From: Rhodocyclaceae bacterium
Lineage (GTDB): Bacteria > Pseudomonadota > Gammaproteobacteria > Burkholderiales > Rhodocyclaceae
NCBI GenBank assembly: GCA_035443825.1
Contig: DAOMNN010000006.1
Location: 2,204-66,203, forward strand
Direction: 5' to 3'
Length of the DNA: 64,000 bases
The position numbers were made by a program, and so were the translations under genes. Below, piece after piece: positions 58,897 through 64,000 of this stretch; within the stretch, counting starts at the first letter, position 1, and every line of letters starts with the position of its first letter. Under the pieces are notes generated by a model. It worked only from the letters and a program-made list of their open reading frames with translations. It searched no databases and had not been told where the DNA came from.

Positions 58897-58922
58897 AGGG
58901 GGTCCTTGCAGTGCGTGCGGGT

Positions 58923-59594
58923 TCAGAGGTCGAGTCCGGTCTGCATCAGCTTGCGCAGCAGCGGCAGGGTGGCGGGTCGCTTGCATTCGAGCGCTGCGCG
59001 ATCGATTGCATCCACTGCCGTGATCAGGCTTGGCATGTCACGTCGGCCGTGGCGCAGGATAAAATCGATCACGTCCTGCGGCAGATGCAGCCCCCTGCGT
59101 CGGGCGAGCGTGGCGATGATCGCGGCACGGGTCGCGTCGTCGAGCGGGCGTAGCTCGAACACCAGGCATTGGCCGATGCGGGTGCGCAGGTCCTCGCGCA
59201 GGCGCAGAGCGATCGGGGGCGCTGCGCCACAGAGCAGAAGGGTGACGTTGTCGAATCTGGCACGGTTGAAGGCATTGAATACTGCTGTTCGTCCGGCTTC
59301 GGACAGCGATTCGACATCGTCGATCGCAAGCAGATGTCCGGGCGCGCCCGGCAGCGTCTCGCCGATCGTGACACCCTCGAGATAGTGTGACGGCCGTCCG
59401 GCCTCGGCAGCAGCAGAAACTGCGGCGCGCAATAGATGCGTGCGCCCGCTTCCTGGGGGACCCCATAGATACACATGATCGTTGCCGCCGATAGCGTCCT
59501 GCAGTGCCTGCAGCAGGATCGCGTTCGCGCCGCTTACGAAGTTGGCGAAGGCAGGCGGCGCATCGGGTCGCAGGTCGAGCAGCATCTGCTTCAT
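58923..59594 (-). CDS. hda: DnaA regulatory inactivator Hda
   Basis: 223 aa. FANFVSGANA..., VYLWGPPGSGRTHLL (AAA+ Walker A), LLAIDDV, and Arg-finger region RTRIGQ. Confidence 0.88.
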   Translation of the reverse strand: MKQMLLDLRPDAPPAFANFVSGANAILLQALQDAIGGNDHVYLWGPPGSGRTHLLRAAVSAAAEAGRPSHYLEGVTIGETLPGAPGHLLAIDDVESLSEAGRTAVFNAFNRARFDNVTLLLCGAAPPIALRLREDLRTRIGQCLVFELRPLDDATRAAIIATLARRRGLHLPQDVIDFILRHGRRDMPSLITAVDAIDRAALECKRPATLPLLRKLMQTGLDL

Positions 59595-60685
59595 CGTGGT
59601 TCGTCCTTCGGCGGGCCTTCGTCACCCAGGTAGAGTGCGCTGCCGAACCATTCGTTTCGGACTTCTCGCAGGCCGACCAGAATTGCGGCGCTGGCCGGCA
59701 GCGCGACAAGCATGCCGACAAAGCCGAACAACTGGCCGAAGGCCATCAGTGCGAAGATGACGGCAAGCGGATGAAGTCCGATGCGCTCGCCGACGAGATA
59801 GGGCGTGAGCACATAGGTTTCCAGGAGTTGTCCGATGCCGAACACCACGCCGACCCCGATCAGCGGAGTCCAGCCTTCTCCCTGCAGCAGCGCGGCCAGA
59901 ATGGCCAGGATCAGACCGCTGCCGAAGCCGACGAAGGGAATGAAGGCGAGCAGGCCGGTGATGACGCCGACCGGCAGGGCGAACTTGAGACCGGCCAGCC
60001 ACAGGCCCAAGCTGTAGAACACGGCGAGAATCAGCATCACGGACAACTGGCCGCGCATAAACTCGGACAGGACCGAATCGATATCGCGCAGAATGCGCAT
60101 CGTGCGTGACAGCATCGGACGCGGGATGATGGCTTGCAGACTGCCGGTAACGCGAGGCCATTCCTGCAACAGGTAGAACATCACGATCGGAATCAGTATC
60201 AGGTTGGCGGCGACTGCAATCAGCGCGAGACCGCCCTCGCGCGCATGGCTGAGGATGGTCGGGATCAGGTCCTTGGCCGCTTCACGGTGCTCGGTGACCC
60301 AGGCCTTGGCCGAGGCCACGTCGAGGTCAATCGTGATTCCCAGGCGGGCGCTCAGGAACGGCGCTATACGGTCGTTGAGCACCTCGATCAGTTCCGGCAG
60401 GCGCGCAATGAGCGTGACCGCCTCGCGATAGATCATGGGGGCGAAGATCAGGAACAGCAGCGCGATCAGCGCGCCCATTCCCAGGATCACGAGCAGCACC
60501 GCCAATACGCGGGGCATGCGGCGCGCAACCATCCAGTTCACTGCCGGATCGCAGATGTAGGCGAACACGGCCGCTACGGCAAACGGCGTAAGGATCGGTG
60601 ACAGGGCGTAGAACAGCACCAGCAGGGCGAGGCCCACGCCTGCCCAGACGGCTGTTTGCAGACGATCGGCGCGGGGGAGGTTCAT
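59591..60685 (-). CDS. AI-2E/PerM-family transporter
   Basis: 364 aa with about 8 TM segments. ...FIPFVGF..., ...LHPLAVIFALMAFGQLFGFVGMLVALP.... Its stop overlaps the hda start (ATGA). Confidence 0.85.
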   Translation of the reverse strand: MNLPRADRLQTAVWAGVGLALLVLFYALSPILTPFAVAAVFAYICDPAVNWMVARRMPRVLAVLLVILGMGALIALLFLIFAPMIYREAVTLIARLPELIEVLNDRIAPFLSARLGITIDLDVASAKAWVTEHREAAKDLIPTILSHAREGGLALIAVAANLILIPIVMFYLLQEWPRVTGSLQAIIPRPMLSRTMRILRDIDSVLSEFMRGQLSVMLILAVFYSLGLWLAGLKFALPVGVITGLLAFIPFVGFGSGLILAILAALLQGEGWTPLIGVGVVFGIGQLLETYVLTPYLVGERIGLHPLAVIFALMAFGQLFGFVGMLVALPASAAILVGLREVRNEWFGSALYLGDEGPPKDEPR

Positions 60686-60806
60686 TTCGAGTAAAATTTC
60701 CGGCTTCAGTTGCGGTCCTGCAATGGACCGCGGAACCCGTTAATGTAGCCCCTCGGAGTTGCGCTCTCAAGGTTTCATCGCACTCCGGGCAATGTGAGGA
60801 AGAATC

Positions 60807-61841
60807 TTGAGTTCCCTGACTTATCGCGATGCCGGTGTCGATATCGAGGCCGGCGATGAACTGGTCGACCGCATCAAGCCACTCGCCAAACGCACCATGC
60901 GCCCGGAGGTGATGGGGGGCATCGGTGGATTCGGCGCCCTGTTCGAGTTGTCGAAGAAGTTCCGTGAGCCGGTATTGGTGTCCGGTACCGACGGCGTGGG
61001 GACCAAGCTCAAGCTTGCCTTTCAGCTCGGCCGGCACGACACCGTTGGTCAGGACCTGGTTGCGATGAGCGTCAACGACATTCTCGTTCAGGGTGCGGAG
61101 CCGCTGTTCTTCCTGGACTATTTCGCGTGCGGCAAGCTCGATGTGGACACCGCGGCAGAGGTGGTGAAGGGGATCGCACAAGGGTGCGAACTGGCCGGTT
61201 GCGCGCTGATCGGTGGCGAGACGGCGGAAATGCCGGGAATGTATCCGGACGGCGAATACGACCTTGCGGGATTTGCCGTGGGCGCAGTCGAGAAGTCCGA
61301 GATCATCGACGGCTCGAAGATCATCCCGGGCGACGCCTTACTGGGTCTTGCGTCCAGCGGGGCGCACTCCAACGGCTACTCGCTGATCCGCAAGATCATC
61401 GAACTCACTGCTCCCGATCTGGACGGCGATTTCCACGGTCGGCCGTTGCGCGAGGTCGTACTGGAACCGACCCGTATCTACGTCAAGCCGTTGTTGGCAC
61501 TGATGAGCACCATGCCCGGCGTCGTCAAGGGCATGGCGCACATTACCGGTGGTGGTCTGACCGAAAACGTCCCACGCATTCTCGGCGAACACTTGACGGC
61601 GCGCATCGACGCCGCGAGCTGGACGATTCCGCCGCTGTTCCGATGGCTACAGGAGGCCGGCAAAGTCGCCGATCAGGAGATGTACAAGGTCTTCAATTGC
61701 GGCATCGGGATGGTTGTGGTGGTGGCACAGGAGCAGGTCGAGTCTGCGGCAAGGCTCCTCGAACAGGCCGGTGAAACCGTGTATCGCATCGGGTCTATTG
61801 CGCGCCGCGAACCATCGGAAGCCGGGACGACGGTTTCCTGA
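60807..61841 (+). CDS. purM: phosphoribosylformylglycinamidine cyclo-ligase
   Basis: TTG start with [53 protein letters not shown]. Confidence 0.96.
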   Translation: MSSLTYRDAGVDIEAGDELVDRIKPLAKRTMRPEVMGGIGGFGALFELSKKFREPVLVSGTDGVGTKLKLAFQLGRHDTVGQDLVAMSVNDILVQGAEPLFFLDYFACGKLDVDTAAEVVKGIAQGCELAGCALIGGETAEMPGMYPDGEYDLAGFAVGAVEKSEIIDGSKIIPGDALLGLASSGAHSNGYSLIRKIIELTAPDLDGDFHGRPLREVVLEPTRIYVKPLLALMSTMPGVVKGMAHITGGGLTENVPRILGEHLTARIDAASWTIPPLFRWLQEAGKVADQEMYKVFNCGIGMVVVVAQEQVESAARLLEQAGETVYRIGSIARREPSEAGTTVS

Positions 61842-61941
61842 TCGTCACCGAAGTCTTGCCCGAGGCGGCCTGAGCGGCTAACGGTGAAGGCAATTGTCCA
61901 TCCCGAATCATGAAAGCCGCGCGGACCGTTTCCCTCGCGCC

Positions 61942-61977
61942 GGCCCCTCTGCCGTACGCGGGCGAGGGGAGCCTTTT
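61942..61977 (+). terminator. probable rho-independent terminator downstream of purM
   Basis: CCCCTCtGCC-gtacgcg-GGCGAGGGG followed by AGCCTTTTG. It lies about 100 nt after the purM stop, in the convergent gap with miaA. Confidence 0.55.
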
Positions 61978-62000
61978 GAGTCGCCACGGCGACTTGCACC

Positions 62001-62951
62001 TTATTCGAGCATCCGCATCGCCGCGGCGATCACGATTTGCGGGAGTTTGTCGCGGTTGCAGTCGACCTCGACCAGGCCGGGCCAGCTCTCGCGAAACTGC
62101 CGCTGCCAGGTGAGCTGGCGCTTGGCGAGCTGGCGCGTTGCGACGATGCCCTTGTAGCGCATCGCAGCATGGTCGTGCACGCCGGCGAGATACTCCCATA
62201 CCTGCCGATAACCGACACAACGCATCGACGGCAGATCCAGGTTAAGGGTGTAGCGCGCCTGAAGGCCGCGCACTTCCTCGACCAGCCCCATGGCCAGCAT
62301 GCGGTCGAAACGGGCCTCGATCCGTCGGTGCAGCTCGCTTCGGTCGGATGGGGTCAGGGCGAGCGGGAGCAGCCGGTATGGGAGACCGTCCGAATCACGA
62401 TTCGCATAGCTTTCCGCGAGCGGGCGGCCCGTCAGACGAACGATTTCGAGGGCGCGCTGGATTCGCTGTGCGTCGGTCGGCTCGAGACGTGCGGCGGCGT
62501 CCGGGTCGAGGCGCGACAACTCCCGGTGCATGGACGGCCAGCCGAATCGCGTCGCTTCGCGATCGATCTGGCGCCTCAGCGCCGGGTTGGCGTGCGGCAG
62601 ATCCGACAACCCGTCACGCAGCGCCTTGAAGTAGAGCATCGTACCGCCCGTGAGGACCGGTATGCGACCGCGGGCGGTGATCTCGTTCATCAGCGCGATC
62701 GCGTCGGAACGGAATCGCGCCGCCGAGTAGCCTTCCTCCGGTGAAACGATGTCGATCAGGTGATGCGGACAGGTGCGCCGCTCGGCGTGATCCGGCTTCG
62801 CGGTGCCGATATCCATGTCTCGATACACGAGTGCCGAATCGACGCTGACGATCTCGATCGGCAGGGCTTGCGCGAGCGCGAGCGCACAGGCGGTCTTTCC
62901 GCTCGCGGTCGGGCCGAGCAGCACCAACGCGGGTGGATTCTCGCGGATCAT
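62001..62951 (-). CDS. miaA: tRNA dimethylallyltransferase
   Basis: 316 aa. [10 protein letters not shown] (P-loop), [24 protein letters not shown]. Confidence 0.95.
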   Translation of the reverse strand: MIRENPPALVLLGPTASGKTACALALAQALPIEIVSVDSALVYRDMDIGTAKPDHAERRTCPHHLIDIVSPEEGYSAARFRSDAIALMNEITARGRIPVLTGGTMLYFKALRDGLSDLPHANPALRRQIDREATRFGWPSMHRELSRLDPDAAARLEPTDAQRIQRALEIVRLTGRPLAESYANRDSDGLPYRLLPLALTPSDRSELHRRIEARFDRMLAMGLVEEVRGLQARYTLNLDLPSMRCVGYRQVWEYLAGVHDHAAMRYKGIVATRQLAKRQLTWQRQFRESWPGLVEVDCNRDKLPQIVIAAAMRMLE

Positions 62952-62969
62952 GGTGTGCAGATGCCCGGG

Positions 62970-64000
62970 TCAATCCGCAGAACGGGCAAGCGGATCCTCG
63001 CCCGGATTGCCGTCCCGGTCGCTGAACTTCTCTTCGTACATGCTGCGGTCGGCGACCTTGAGCAGGGTCTCCGCATCCTCGCCGTCATCCGGAAACACGG
63101 CCAGCCCCATCGATGCGCCAATGACCATCGCAGGGGCGGCGTCGATCGACTCGAGCGGCTGGGCGAAGCTGCGCTCTATGTTTGCACGCACCTGCGCGGC
63201 GTCGTCGTGTCCGTCGATGTTCTCGAGCAGAATCACGAACTCGTCGCCTGCGTAGCGGGCTATCAGGTCTTCAGCTCGTACGCTTGATCGAAGTCGTTGC
63301 GAAACCTCCTGCAAGGCCTTGTTGCCCGCGTCATGGCCGTGACGGTCATTGACCTGCTTGAATCGGTCGAGATCGATGAACAACACGCCCAGGCGTCCCT
63401 TGCGGCGGTCGCTGCGATACATGGCAATACGGCTGCGTAATTTCTGGGTGAAGGCCTCGCGGTTGATAAGACCGGTAAGCTCGTCGGTGCGCAGTCGATG
63501 CTGCATGTCCTCGAAGCTTCTCGCGAGATCGCCGATCTCGTCGCGGCGCTGCACCCCGACCGGGGCATCGAGTTCTCCGTCACCGACCTTGCGAGCGGCC
63601 TCGCTCAGCCGGCGCAGATCTCGAGTAACCCAACCCAGAATGCCCAGGCCGACCATGACGGTGAGCAGCACCGCGAAAAGCGCGAGAATGATTGTTCGTT
63701 TGACGTTTTCGGTGATGCCGGACATGAAGTCGCTTTCGGGCATCGCCACCACCGTGATCCATTCGAGGCCCGCGTCATCCGCCACTCGCTCGAAGGCTGC
63801 GTGAATCACGTCACCCTCTTCAGGCGTGATAGTCACGACACGCGGGCCGCGGGAAAGGTCCGCCGACTGAAGCTGCTCGATGACGGCGTTGAATGTGTGA
63901 GTCAGCAACGCGTGTCCGCTGTCTGCGCCCGAGACGCGCACGTAGTTGGCGTCCGGCATGCGGATCACGTTCGGCGTCGCCGACGAGGCGATCAGGCTCC
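62970..64000 (-). CDS. sensor diguanylate cyclase (periplasmic sensor, TM, HAMP, GGDEF with AGDEF variant); 5' end outside window
   Basis: The frame is open to the window edge. TM segment IILALFAVLLTVMVGLGILGW, HAMP (RDLRRLSEAARKV...IGDLARSFEDM), GGDEF domain (LTGLINREAF, FIDLDRFKQVND, RYAGDEF). Confidence 0.88.
   Translation of the reverse strand, partial: SLIASSATPNVIRMPDANYVRVSGADSGHALLTHTFNAVIEQLQSADLSRGPRVVTITPEEGDVIHAAFERVADDAGLEWITVVAMPESDFMSGITENVKRTIILALFAVLLTVMVGLGILGWVTRDLRRLSEAARKVGDGELDAPVGVQRRDEIGDLARSFEDMQHRLRTDELTGLINREAFTQKLRSRIAMYRSDRRKGRLGVLFIDLDRFKQVNDRHGHDAGNKALQEVSQRLRSSVRAEDLIARYAGDEFVILLENIDGHDDAAQVRANIERSFAQPLESIDAAPAMVIGASMGLAVFPDDGEDAETLLKVADRSMYEEKFSDRDGNPGEDPLARSAD

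Overview
This is a high-GC chromosomal segment (roughly two-thirds G+C by eye, not computed). Gene content and order fit a betaproteobacterium, most like Rhodocyclales (Azoarcus/Aromatoleum/Thauera type); that placement is an inference from gene families only. I call about 60 densely packed protein genes, many with 1-4 nt start/stop overlaps.

Most of the window from about 20 kb onward is core housekeeping:
- moaC, valS, holC, pepA, lptFG
- rpsP-rimM-trmD-rplS
- leuA, pssA, ilvC-ilvH-ilvI
- an ECF sigma module, a P-type ATPase, pepN
- panCB, folK-pcnB, hda, purM, miaA

The first ~20 kb looks more accessory:
- a multi-PAS histidine kinase with a CheY-like regulator
- a TonB-dependent receptor
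- a five-gene tungsten aldehyde oxidoreductase operon (aorABCDE type) followed by tupBC-like ABC transporter genes with no binding-protein gene
- an OprC-like copper receptor with a DUF2946-like partner
- a methyltransferase/LTA-synthase-like pair
- an OmpR-type two-component system

I saw no rRNA, tRNA, CRISPR array, transposase, integrase or phage gene. I did not find a convincing new multi-gene system such as a defence island.

The most novel signal read directly from the sequence is a dispersed imperfect-palindrome repeat family. It has a long copy upstream of pcnB and a short inverted copy upstream of valS, and the long copy carries a nested ~50-bp hairpin insertion. This is a Correia/ERIC-like architecture.

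Other points worth a second look:
- two consecutive small proteins ending in Gly-Gly in the aor operon
- an acidic ORF translationally coupled to holC
- a 511-aa protein with a PilZ-like RxxxR...NxSxxG motif pair
- a Leu-rich mini-ORF in the long leuA leader
- a perfect 32-bp palindrome between panC and a CBS-domain gene
- an AGDEF-variant diguanylate cyclase

The many long ORFs antisense to these genes are GC-driven shadow ORFs.
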